Assembly: GCA_002269645.1 (NCBI GenBank)
Contig: NIVC01004343.1
Coordinates: 1-49,458, forward strand
Length of the DNA stretch: 49,458 bases
Origin: Macrostomum lignano
Taxonomy: Eukaryota
Direction of reading: 5' to 3'
Below, piece by piece: positions 1 to 10,868 of the stretch (within the stretch, counting starts at the first letter, position 1; every line of letters begins with the position of its first letter). The notes beneath the pieces were generated by a model. It searched no databases. It worked only from the letters and a program-made list of their open reading frames with translations, and was not told the DNA's origin. A program made the translations under genes and the position numbers.

Positions 1-1458
1 AATCGTGAATTAGGCGTACCCGACCGTAATCATTCGCAGGGCACACCAGCGCACTCACAATCCGAGCCGCCACCCATCCGAGCACCGACGGTAGGCGGTC
101 AAGGCGAATTTCTCTCAGAATTTGCATTTGAAAAGCTTCAGCGTACTCGTAAAGATTCACAGACTCGTAGTTGCTGACCTCGACAGACTTCAGGTTTTCT
201 CGCTGCACATTCGTAATCCGAAAATCCCTCAGACACACCATCAAGAATAAACTGCTTTCTGTCCAGCGGCAGATCAATCGACTCCAACTCTTCCATCCAT
301 GCCTCCAGCTTTAGGTCAGTTGATAAAACAGAGGAAGTTAAAACAGGATCGACGCGCAGTCAGTGCAGAGGCCTGCTGACCTCAGCACCATCATCCCTGT
401 GCGCCATCGCCGCTGAGTGGCCAAGTCCACAACGCCGGCACCGATGAGCGAAACGGCAGTTCCGCCTTGAGCATCCAGATTCCTTGTTGAAATCAAAGCA
501 GGGTGGCTGCAGGCTTTGTCTTGGCCCCCGGTCAACTCTGGCAGTCGGTGCACTCTGTGGGGCCATCAGATAGGTGGCAACTCGGCCAAGGTCAGATCCG
601 CGCGACTCCCATGACGTCTCACCATCTTCACTCAGTCTGCACTCGTCATCAAACCTCATGACTCGAGCCTTGTCGAACCCGAAGTCAAACAGCTCGCCAA
701 TGCGCGCAGTGTAACGCAGGTAGTCTCACAACTCTGACACATCAGGCTGGCCGCCCAGCCGCTCTTCACCAACCTGCCATCATCCAGCAACTTAAGCATG
801 ATTCGAGCATTCGCCGAGATCCAGTCTCCAAACGTCAGCGACTCAACAACAGCTTCCTTCACTCTGAAGGTGACTCTCCCTGATTTGTCAATGGACTGAG
901 TCACTCCGGCCTCCTGCTGCTTCCGCTTGTTAATAAACTCAGGGATTCGGTACACCTTGCCTACAGACCGACTGGGCTCTTGCTGGGCAGCATCTTCATC
1001 GTCAGACCACAGGTTAATGAGCAACTCACCGGGATTCTTTGACGTCGCAGGCCTTCGCTGAAGTTGGCTGACTTCCGCCTGAAGCAGAGCTGCCTCCTTG
1101 CGTAGCTTTAGCAGTCGGAGCTGCTTCTCAGCCTCCACCAGCTCGTCGTCCAGGCCGCCAGCCGCGTCAGACTCTTGACCATGTTGTACCGACTCGTTCG
1201 CGATAAAAGGCAGTTGCCTCTCCGCCGTAGCGCCGTTTCTTATTTCATGCGTCGTCACTGTGGCAGCTTCATCTTGCTCCTCGTCCTCGTCGTCTGCATT
1301 CTCAAGATCGGAGGCGTGCCCTCGAAGTGCGCCCTCAGCCGCAATAAAAGTTCACATTTTCTGTCTTGTGTTGAAAGCCCTAGGCTCTGAAGCTTCTCAC
1401 GTAGCGCCCTTACAGTGCTAGGCGCTTCGGATGCAACTGGCTCGTTAGGGTTTGGCAT
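1..1458 (-). mobile_element. Decayed DIRS/Ngaro-like (tyrosine-recombinase) retrotransposon, 5' part: gag-like ORF1 and start of the RT ORF; runs off the window edge
   Basis: Minus-strand ORF pieces 1458..1255, 1258..~770 and ~770..360 join across frameshifts and one TGA into a gag-like protein: SAP-like N-terminus (VRALREKLQSLGLSTQDRKCELLLRL), LTFGDWISANARIM, DYLRYTARIGELF..VMRFDDECR and C-terminal CFDFNKESGCSRRNCRFAHRCRRCGLGH. It is followed at ~360..1 by FILDGVSEGF/RI...IVSALV..ND.GRVRLIHD, which is typical of the RT ORF N-terminus of DIRS-group elements (family motifs recalled, not searched). Confidence 0.8.
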
Positions 1459-1547
1459 GATTGTGCAAAAAACTTAAGCGGAGAGCTGCACGCAAATTGA
1501 GTCAGAAAACGCGGTGAGAGGCTCACCTAAAAAGGCTAGCAGGCGGA

Positions 1548-1712
1548 GGGGCCCCCACCTGCATCTGTGAGGGGCCCCACCTGCATCTGTGAGGGGCCCC
1601 CACCTGCATCTGTGAGGGGCCCCCACCTGCATCTGTGAGGGGCCCCCACCTGCATCTGTGAGGGGCCCCCACCTGCATCTGTGAGGGGCCCCCACCTGCA
1701 TCTGTGAGGGGC
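1548..1712. repeat. 23-bp GC-rich minisatellite (GAGGGGCCCCCACCTGCATCTGT), about 7 copies
   Basis: Tandem copies read directly. Confidence 0.95.
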
Positions 1713-2213
1713 CCCCACCCCACACAGATGCACAGAGACAGCAAAGGGGGCGGGCTGATCACTAAAGCCGGTTTGCACAGGCGCAAGCACCCATGCAAAC
1801 CAAAGCATTTTCACGCAAATTTTACATTCCCAGAGCGACTCTTTAATTTCTTGACCGCCTTAAAAGTAGCGGTCGATTTATTTAGCAAAATAAAATTCCT
1901 AACAATTTTTTGAGTACTTGAGGGCTACTGATTTGCTAAATTCGGATACAGAGAAAAGCTGCGATCAGAGACCGCGCCATAATATGTAAGCGGCTGCTTA
2001 CTGTATAAGTAAGTGAGAAGAGAAAATGCAGTACATTGTGTGCAAACAAGCTAAAAAAGACACGCTCAATTTAATTGGCACAGAGTAAAAACCCTCAAGC
2101 CAGTGTGGTGGCAGTGACAAACTACCAGAAAGCATTTATTGTTGTAATTACAGAAGGCATTATCTTGGCATTGCAACCATGATAGCTTTTAATAGTAAAC
2201 TTGGCTGTTACCT

Positions 2214-2342
2214 ACTTATGTCGAAACCTAAGTAGCGTGTAACGACATAAGACCTACTTATGTTTCGAAACCTATGTAGCGTATAACGACATAAGATCTA
2301 CTTTTCGAAACCTAAGTAGCGTGTAACGACATAAGACCTTAT
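2214..2342. repeat. About 43-bp tandem repeat, 3 copies (TCGAAACCTAAGTAGCGTGTAACGACATAAGACCT...)
   Basis: Three imperfect direct copies read directly. Confidence 0.85.
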
Positions 2343-3061
2343 TTCGTTATACAGTAAGTGGTGTACGCAGCAAGTTTTGGTGTCTCTTGGTGAGCGCGCG
2401 TTCCATTAGATGATAAAATTTGAGCTCCTGTCAATTGAACCCACATTTGTTAACAACAGTTTGAAAAAAGAATACAAACGCAATTGAAAACTTTATGGGG
2501 CATTGCCTGTGTGAACTGGGGTACTAGCTACTCAGAGGCTTGATAAGAGCTCTACCCCCATTCAAAGTATTACCTAGTTGTAGGGTCCGAACTCTGAGCC
2601 TTAATTAATCTCGTGTGTTGCGAGTTTCAATGCAGCGAATTTGCTCGACAATGTCATTGTGTGGATAGGTTAAGAGAGAGTTACACGTTTAAAGAAGCTA
2701 GTGGTATGGTCAGCTTTCTACGAGTATAATTGCATTCCACACCCAGAGAACTCACGCACACGCACGCTCACGCACGTGTCAGAGGTCAGAATGAGACACG
2801 TGAATGTCATTAAAAAATAGAATTACAACAATCATACACTATATATAGTCACGAATTTATTTGAAACCTGCTGCTATAGAGCTCAAGCAACAGAACAAGC
2901 GAGAACCTTAGTAAGTAAAGAGATTGTTGGAGCTCTTCATTTCTACTATAGCTTTTAATTTTCTCAAGCTGTGATTAGTGTCTACTGCAAGTAACTCCGT
3001 TCACAAATATCTTACAGTACTATTCAGTTTACTCACTTCAAAGGAGCATCAAAGCTTAGCA

Positions 3062-5463
3062 ATGACAACAATCAGTCATCTTGAAGCCGATGCTGAGTCG
3101 GAAAAGTTTCTCAGTCAGTTCACCAACATGCACTACGGTGGCCAGAAGACATCGGAGCTCTACAGCGACTGGTCTGATGAGTATGAGAAGGTAAGCACAC
3201 TCAAGACAGCAAATGCCGCTTTTTTGATTACACCTGACCTAATATGAAGGCTGCATATGGCTGTTCAGTCCAACGACTGGGGGGGGGGGGGGGGTCGCCA
3301 AGCGCACCCTCAATTACCCCCAGTCCCAGCTAATGCTGGTGCCAATTTTACCGCAATGCAGAGCTAAGTGTCTTGCTAAATGACATAAAATGTTCCGAGT
3401 TGTTCGAGAATAAAACCCCCGACTTTTCAATCGTGAGTCCGACTCCCGTCACTTGACTTGTCTGCGATATCAAATTACCAGTGAAAACACCTTGGCACAA
3501 TTATGAAAGAATTTAGTTCCGTTATAATATCGCAGATATTTCTCTAAATTGTATTCTGGCAAGAACATAATTGATAAAATAAATCTATATATTTACTGCA
3601 AACAGAATTTTCTGAACATGACCAGCGGATATGAACACCCGGAGCGCATTGCCGACATTGCCGCGTCAGTGCTGCCCGACAAAACTTGTCGAATTCTCGA
3701 CGTCTGCGCTGGCACCGGACTTGGCGGAGCTGCGGTAGGAGTTCTTTGACTATATCCTGCTGATAGAACTAATATAAGGCATTCCATCTGCAAAGTTTGA
3801 ATCTCTTGGGCATTTCAGCTACAATAACCCTGAACAGTAAATATTTTATTTGTGTTTCTCTTGTATATATCTTGTAATTAGGCCAAACTTTATGATCCCA
3901 CGGCTTGAACATATTTTTGCTACATTTGTACGTCAGCCGTTGTGAGCTGAAATAACTGAAGTAAAGAAGATAACAAAACCGTTGTATTCTTAGGTCCTTT
4001 GTGATATCTATCAATTCACCAATTCATCCCGGTTATATTTTTTATTTTAAATTGATCTCAAACTAATCTCAAACTGATCTCAAACTAATCTCAAACTAAT
4101 CTCAAACTGATCTCAAACTGATCTCAAACTGATCTCAAACTGATCTCAAACTGATCTCAAACTGATCTCAAACTGATCTCAAACTGATCTCAAACTCATC
4201 TCAAACTCATCTCAAACTGATCTCAAACGACCATCGTTAAGCTGAAGAAGCGCGGCTTCGACAATATCGACGCCTTGGACGGCAGTGCGGGAATGCTGGA
4301 AAAAGCCAGACAGAAAGGCATCTACATCTGCATCGTCCAGGAGGTGATTGGTACCGGGCCGCTTACTAAAGTAGAGAAAGGTGAGCCTGTAGGTTTTTGT
4401 TGTTTGTGTCCTCTAAACGCACCATGAAATAACAGAGCAAACCACAGATACTAAAATAACTAGATGGGCCACTCGGGCATAGATACTTATAAAACAGCTT
4501 TCTACTTTTAGTTCAGTAGCAGGAAGTATATATAAGCTATTTTATAAAAATAAAGGCTGTTGAAATGACTTTGATAAGTTTCGAAGCCCAAGCTTGCAGC
4601 CGTAAACAGCCTAGCTGCTAATTGGTTCGGGAATAATGTACATTGGCCAGTCCACTTAAATGTACAGGCCGCTTTAGGCTGGAATCCCGAGAAAGGCAAT
4701 AAAAATTGGGGTGGGGCGGGGCGAGGGGTAGTGTGGAAAGGCGCGGTTGGAGGTTTAAGTGGGGGAGGGGGGTAAGAGCAATAAATGAGCCTTGGCTTTA
4801 AAAATAAAATAAAATAAAATAAAATAAAAATAAGTAAATTTAAAATACTTCTGTTTACGAGCGTAACTTGCTACTGAACTGAAAGTAGCTTACACGCAAA
4901 TGTGCTGAGTGGCCCATCTGGTTATTCTAGTATCTGTGGAGCAAACCAAGCAGGGGCAGAGAAGATCAGCAGTAAACCATATTTATTTGGGACTTGTGCA
5001 CGAAGTTTGATTGGATCGGGGGGACTGTAGTGCGATCTGCACCCATGAAGGCCAATCCCCAAGGCACAGGGTGTGTACGTGCCTTACAACCCTGTGCGTA
5101 TGGAGTGGGCTTGTTGTAGCCGTTGCGTTAGGGTGCTCACAGCCTTTCTGTGAACTTTTATTTTACCAAGCAGAATCCGAACGAATTTCAGGTGCCTACG
5201 ATGCCATAGTGACATCCGGTTCATTTGTTCCGGGTCATCTGGGCCCTGGTCAACTGCGAGTCCTGGCTGGCACGCTCAAACCCAACGGCCTGTTCTGCAT
5301 GGCAATGCGAGAGGCCTACCTGGAGACCGACTACCTGCGCGACCTTCAACCCGAGATGGAGCGCATGCAACAGGAGGGAATTTGGAAAATCGAGCGCTGC
5401 GACCGGATGGATAATTATCACAACGGTCTGTCTGGTCGAGTTTTCATCTACAGGCGTCTCTGA
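3062..5463 (+). CDS. METTL27: METTL27/WBSCR27-like class I SAM-dependent methyltransferase, 4 exons, about 222 aa
   Basis: Exons 3062-3190, 3606-3734, 4242-4380 and 5192-5463. All introns are GT..AG, phases 0,0,1, and the total of 669 nt is in frame. Motifs: LYSDWSDEYE, ILDVCAGTGLGG (motif I), GFDNIDALDGSAGMLEKARQKGIY, YDAIVTSGSFVPGHL, LKPNGLFC. Confidence 0.85.
3246..3470 (-). mobile_element. tRNA-derived (CORE-like) SINE remnant in methyltransferase intron 1
   Basis: The minus strand shows a degenerate tRNA-like head (GGGGTTTTATTCTC resembling box B), then TTAGCAAGACACTTAGCTCTGC, which resembles the CORE-SINE motif GGGCAAGACACTTAAC. A homologous partial copy lies at 6758..6895. Confidence 0.55.
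4053..4228. repeat. 11-bp tandem repeat (TGATCTCAAAC), about 16 copies, ending 13 nt before the exon 3 acceptor
   Basis: Read directly. Confidence 0.95.
4443..4938. mobile_element. MITE (496 bp) with about 38-bp TIRs and an 8-bp TSD, in methyltransferase intron 3
   Basis: The left TIR CACAGATACTAAAATAACTAGATGGGCCACTCGGGCAT mirrors 4900..4938. Perfect GAGCAAAC duplication at 4435-4442 and 4939-4946. Confidence 0.9.
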
Positions 5464-6167
5464 AACAATCGTTTTCGTTATGTGCTACTTAAAACAATAT
5501 ATTACTTCTAGATGCCTCTAATCTTCAAAATGACGTCACTTTCCGAAAACTTATCAATTCTGTCAGCCATTTTAACCTTAGAAAGTTCAATAAAACGGCT
5601 GCTAAGACTATCAACAATAAAATTATTGCGAACCCAACTCGCCGAACTTAGTCAATTCTGCGATCTAAATTGCATGCATGCATGCAAAAGCGACGAATTT
5701 CCGTCAGCTTAATCTGTCAACAAGCATCTGCTTGCGAAAAACTGCCGAGGTATGAGTAAACAAAAGAAATTGGACTCTCTATTTGACTCTGACTTTGTAT
5801 GAAATGCCTAATTGCTTATTATAGACACTGCAATGGTGAGCTTGTCAAATGTTGACTCAACGTTGATCAAACAATGCCTGACAATGATAGCAACTGCAGC
5901 TATATGCCCACTGTGCAAGAAAGTCTTGCGTATACAGATGCTCAGTCCCTTATTACACTCACTCATATAATGCATTAGTATTATTAATACTGGAACACAC
6001 ATAAGTATATAACTAGATTATTGGTTGCCTCACTTTTCGTGTAAGCTTACTTAATTTATCGTAATTATGATGAATTGTAAGTTAAAGCTAATTGTCGAAA
6101 GTGACGAAAATAACAAGCACAACAAAAGCAACAAAAGACGTAACCCAGAAAATTAAGATCAAACGGT

Positions 6168-6394
6168 CGTCAGATGAGGGTGCATCAGATGAGAGTGCGT
6201 CAGATGAGGGTGCGTCAGATGAGGGTGCGTCAGATGAGGGTGCGTCAGATGAGGGTGCGTCAGATGAGGGTGCGTCAGATGAGGGTGCGTCAGATGAGGG
6301 TGCGTCAGATGAGGGTGCGTCAGATGAGGGTGCGTCAGATGAGGGTGCGTCAGATGAGGGTGCGTCAGATGAGGGTGCGTCAGATGAGGGTGCG
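6168..6394. repeat. 15-bp tandem repeat (GTCAGATGAGGGTGC), about 15 copies
   Basis: Read directly; nearly homogeneous. Confidence 0.95.
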
Positions 6395-6757
6395 TTCACG
6401 TATCGACGAGTTCGCGCGTGGCCGTGCCTATATAGGCCGGTAGAAGTCAGAACAACCGCATAAGTGGTGAACGGGCTGGGTCCTCTAATACAGGGCCTCG
6501 GTCCCAACGCTCTCATCAGCTGGAAAAGACGCCGCCGGATGTCCTTCTCTACGTGAGGCACCAGAGCAACGAGGCAGATGAGCCGCTGGAAGCGAGTGAG
6601 CATGGTCTTCTGTACGTCTGCATGTTAGGTTCCTATTGGCACTTACTGAACCTCGACTTTGGCTGAATTGTACATGTAAATAAATAATTGATTACACCTG
6701 CCCATAGGGCCAGATGTGCAACCGACAGCTCAGCCGCAGCTATTGCGCGGCGCATCT

Positions 6758-6895
6758 GAAGGCTGCGTACGGCTGTTCAGTCCAAGGACTGGGGGTTGCC
6801 ACACACACCCTCAATTACCACCAACTAATGCTGGCACCCAATTTACAGATGAATGAACTGAAGCAAAGCAGAGTTAAGTGTCTTGCTTATTACAT
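6758..6895 (-). mobile_element. Second, partial copy of the SINE-like repeat at 3246..3470
   Basis: Shared GAAGGCTGC.TA.GGCTGTTCAGTCCAA.GACTGGGGG, CACCCTCAATTACC and GCAGAG.TAAGTGTCTTGCT blocks. Confidence 0.6.
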
Positions 6896-7139
6896 GTTAT
6901 TACATGTCGCTTGCGTTTTTTGATGGTCTCTAGGCTTGTGAGACTTAAGAGACGCTGCTGTTTTAATATTTGATCAGATAGATCAGTTTGAAAAGTTTTA
7001 TAAAATCTAGCTCTCATTGCAATCGAATTTCAAAAAGAGTCGTGAAGTTTGAAAAATAGTTCAAAGATTTGAATGAATTTAAAAATACATTTATAATGCA
7101 AATTCATGCAAAAACCATGACAGCAAAAAACGAATCTAA

Positions 7140-8795
7140 TTACAAATTTACGTCCAGACTGTACTTCAGCACAGCCTGCCAAAGTTTTACCCACAGGGAA
7201 TCGAAAAATGCGCTGTCAAAAGCCGTCAGAAAAATGTAATTGACGATGCCCTCAGAAGCCAGGCTGGGTACTATGGTTGTATATCCGTGACCTCTCCAAA
7301 ACCCTGCGATTGGAATGTCTAGCGAGGCTGCTAAAACTCCGGCCACGTAAACATCGTCAATCCAGAAGAACTGCTTGAACAGAGAGCACAGGTAGATGCT
7401 GGCGACGTGCTTGGCGTTGAGAATGTAGCCGAAGCCCTCGCAGTAGGTTGGGTAGAAACTGCCGGGAAACTCGTCGTAGCTTACCAACCATTTTGACATG
7501 TAAGGCAACGGAGATCTCTGCGGCTTGGCGCCTCGGGTGGCGGAGCAGTAGAAACTGGATGGAGCGCCCTGGCTCAAGAAGGTCGCCAAGTGTGCAACGT
7601 CCGTGAACGTGTCGTCGTCGACCTTGACGAGATACTTGGCCGACTGGCAGTGTCGCACGACCCACTCGTACACAGCCAGGTGCTTGATGCTCATGTTCCT
7701 GTAGTTCTCGGTGTAGTTCAGCTGCACGATGTCGCCGAACCGGTCGCTCTCCGCATCGATCAGAGCCTCGAGCTGCGCTCCGGTCGCTCCGGACTCGTCC
7801 GAGTCTCCCGACGCTGGCCGGCCGAGAAAGAAGGCCACCTCGATGCGGTACCGTCCGACGTACCTGAGCGATCCCCACGTTCTGCGGATGGTCGCTCGAC
7901 GACCGATGTTCTTCGCGTTGCTGTGAACCGCCACCAACGCCAGCAGGTCGCCCGCGGTGCACAGGTGATCCGCCATGCGCACAAAGTCGTAGGTTTGCAC
8001 GTAACGAAGTGCCGGACTCTGGAGGCCTCCGCACTTGCCGGCTGCGCTCTGCAGCTGCTGCTGGGTGACCGCCGAACCCAGCGACTTGAGTTTAGTCAGC
8101 AGCTTTGAGTACAGGCGCGAGTCGCTCGTTCGCTTAATTCGCTCCATGAGAGTTTGTGGCTCAATCGTTTTGTTTTGCTGCGGTTGTTGAGCTTCTATTT
8201 CTTTTGTTGGATTGACGCCTTCGTGTATTGTAGTTTCTTTGTGATCTTTCTGATCAGTGAATGAACCTTTTTGGAACTTTTTTACGTGTTCACGACCGTC
8301 ACTGCTTCCTTTTTGAGACTTCACATGGGCAACTGGGCCGTCGAATGGATCTTCAAGGATGAAATGTTTTCTATCAGCCAAAAAGTAACCTATGTGTTGG
8401 GAATCGGCCCTTGCTTCTTTAAACAAATCTTTTCCCATCTCGCCAGTAGTTTTTAGTGGCGGCTTGGGTTTTAAATTATCAAACCTTTTCGGTGGCTTGT
8501 TATAAGTGGTGCCACTGAGTTCAAGCTTCGGTTCTGCTGAAATGCTCTTTAATGATTTACCTTTGTTTAACGATGGTTCTGTCTCAATGACTGGAGCGCT
8601 GAATTGTTTTCTAGGCCGGCCAAGAAATAACTTGATTCCAAATGACAGCTGCGCAGACAGGGTCAGGGAAATCATTAACAGAAGAAGTAAGTTCCAATGT
8701 CGAAGGCTTAGCTGGAGCAGTAAAGCTGTCCATCGTTGCAGACGGTTGAGCATAGTGAACCGAGAAATAGCTGACACACTCTTTATAAGCTTCAT
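7140..8795 (-). CDS. GT31 family beta-1,3-galactosyltransferase-like protein, paralog A (551 aa, intronless, type II membrane protein)
   Basis: Intact ORF with an N-terminal hydrophobic anchor and long stem. Galactosyl_T motifs RATIRRTW, ESDRFGDIVQLNYTENYRNMSIK, KVDDD (DxD), YPTYCEGFGY and WIDDVYVAG. Confidence 0.9.
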   Translation of the reverse strand: MKLIKSVSAISRFTMLNRLQRWTALLLQLSLRHWNLLLLLMISLTLSAQLSFGIKLFLGRPRKQFSAPVIETEPSLNKGKSLKSISAEPKLELSGTTYNKPPKRFDNLKPKPPLKTTGEMGKDLFKEARADSQHIGYFLADRKHFILEDPFDGPVAHVKSQKGSSDGREHVKKFQKGSFTDQKDHKETTIHEGVNPTKEIEAQQPQQNKTIEPQTLMERIKRTSDSRLYSKLLTKLKSLGSAVTQQQLQSAAGKCGGLQSPALRYVQTYDFVRMADHLCTAGDLLALVAVHSNAKNIGRRATIRRTWGSLRYVGRYRIEVAFFLGRPASGDSDESGATGAQLEALIDAESDRFGDIVQLNYTENYRNMSIKHLAVYEWVVRHCQSAKYLVKVDDDTFTDVAHLATFLSQGAPSSFYCSATRGAKPQRSPLPYMSKWLVSYDEFPGSFYPTYCEGFGYILNAKHVASIYLCSLFKQFFWIDDVYVAGVLAASLDIPIAGFWRGHGYTTIVPSLASEGIVNYIFLTAFDSAFFDSLWVKLWQAVLKYSLDVNL

Positions 8796-9285
8796 TGGGC
8801 TCTACGAATCACTAAAAATCTTTTTCTACGCCTCTTTTTATACATCTTTTCTACCTTATGCTCAGCATTATTGTTTGGTTTAAGGTTCGCATTGTGAGCA
8901 AGAAATTTAGCCTCTGCTGTAGATTATTCTCAGACAGAGTTTCTGCACGCCAAGCGCTGGGTTCTATTCACCGTGCAAACCTCTCGAGTTCACTGGCTGT
9001 TGTCCACTGGTGACATAGTTTGTGTTCTCACTCTCTCAAGAGGCTGCATCTGAAGAGTTTGAAAACCTCAAGAGAGTTTTGGCCTTTATTTGATGACAGA
9101 AAATGTCTTATCTGTGAGATTATTATTAATTACGGCTTGTGCTTGAAGACAGTCAACTCATGTTTTGCGGAAAATGACTTGATTTTCCAGAGCTTTCAGA
9201 ATAATAGTTTGCAATAGCCGAGACTGAATATCAGCCTTTAAGTGAAGTAAGCAAAAATTGAACTTCTGCTCTTACTTTTACCTGC

Positions 9286-9660
9286 TTTCACACCCGCTGT
9301 CACTGTCTATGGCAAAACACCTTCATTTCCACTGACCAAGGAGTTCTATAATTAGCAACCTGGAGTGGAAACAAGTTTTTCAGCTTTACCTCGAGGCCAG
9401 ACTAGCATAAACAGAGTCGCACAGAGCCATAAGACATTCAGTGCTGGCTCCTTTTCTTTACAATTGGCGTGGCCTCATGAGGTAAAACTCGCTTTCACTC
9501 CAGATTGCTACTTATAGAACTCCTTGATTCCACCGACTGACTTCATTTCACACTCGCTGTCACTGTCTATGGCAAAACACTTTCATTTCCACTGACTAGG
9601 GAGTTCTATAATTAGCAACCTGGAGTGGAAACTAGTTTTTCAGCTTTACCTGGAGGCCAG
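9286..9660. repeat. Tandemly duplicated ~260-bp unit containing a ~185-bp MITE-like inverted-repeat element; the second copy is split by the Harbinger and resumes at 12914..13090
   Basis: Unit 1 is ~9286-9545; unit 2 is ~9546-9660 plus 12914-13055. Internal IR: GGAGTTCTATAATTAGCAACCTGGAGTGGAAAC (9340-9372) versus 9491-9523. Confidence 0.85.
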
Positions 9661-10494
9661 GGGGTCTTTCTTGAAAGCTACTTACGATCGGCCATAGACA
9701 TAAGTTGCGATAGTCGCACCTACGGTTTGCTCAAAAGAGTCGCAGGTTGACTTAGCGTAAGAGCGGTCGCAACTTTACGATCTCATAATTTTCCTCGACA
9801 GGCTGTTTCTCGAAACGATCGTATGTCTATGGTCTTTCGTAAGGTGGGTCGTAAATCTACGACTGCTCGAAACCGTCGTAAGAATCATTTTAATAGCTAC
9901 ACCATTTTACCCTCGATTTTGAACAAGGAGAACTTCGAAACCGACAAACTCCTCTTCAATATTGACACTCTATGGTCGGGCACTCAAAATCTACAATCAA
10001 TATTGACAGATCAAGCTTGAATTTTGACAAACTCTGGTTCAATTTTGACAAAACACATTTAGTCAACTTCTCCTGGGAGAAATCGGTAACAAAGTAATCC
10101 AATGAAAGCCTGAACGGAGCGAAAGTTATCTGTGCAAAATCAGCTCATTCTGACCTTGCTTTTGGGATCTACAAGTATTGATAAAATTTATTTTTCTCCA
10201 TCCTCTTACACACAGAGACTAAAATAGCCTGACTGGTTGGGCCGCAAAGTCGGATTCTATTTTGACAGAGTTGCTTCAAAACTGACACTTATGGTTTGTG
10301 TACCCCGAAAGTCCGCTTCATTTTTGACAACTCCTAATCAATATTGAACAGTTTACAATCAGTTTTGACTGCTACCTTATTACATCTGTTCTTCGTTGTG
10401 TATGTTTCAGAAAAAGCCATAAACACATAGCATTGTTAATGATTCAAAAGAAGTATTGTACTCATGTTTTTAAAAAGCACACATTTTTAGATTT

Positions 10495-10868
10495 CTAGAA
10501 TAGGTTAGATATCTGGACATGGGCGGCGAGAGCTTGCGACACCCCCTGCACGATTTCATGTTTCATGATAGCGACATGTGTGCAGTCGATAGCACCAGTG
10601 ACATGTGGCAGTCCGGCGATCAAATGGAATCCGGCCATGGTCTGATTAATTTCAACGTGGCTCCCAAGAAAACGTTCAAAATTTGACATGAGTCTCGTTC
10701 AAGTGTCACAATGTCCAAAATGATGACACGAGGAAATCGATAGCGGTCAATTAGTTCGGAATCGCGCATATACAACGGATCAGCATAATCCCGAAGTCGA
10801 CGATCGCGACCCACTGCACGTTCAGCAGCTCTCATCCGGAGTAGCGCAATCGCAAGCATGAAGTCCAT
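10495..10868 (-). pseudogene. Harbinger (HARBI1-like DDE) transposase, frameshifted and 3'-truncated
   Basis: RLRDYADPLYMRDSELIDRYRFPR and IAGLPHVTGAIDCTHVAI (first catalytic Asp motif) lie in different frames. The downstream DDE region is absent. Confidence 0.85.

Noticed and set aside
1474-1814. Overlapping ORFs over the 23-bp array, and similar ones at 13907-14309, 19605-19826 and 23819-24135
   Set aside because: Repeat-derived open frames.
5011-5191. N-terminal part of the 150-aa ORF 5011..5463
   Set aside because: Intronic. The methyltransferase homology begins at the acceptor at 5192.
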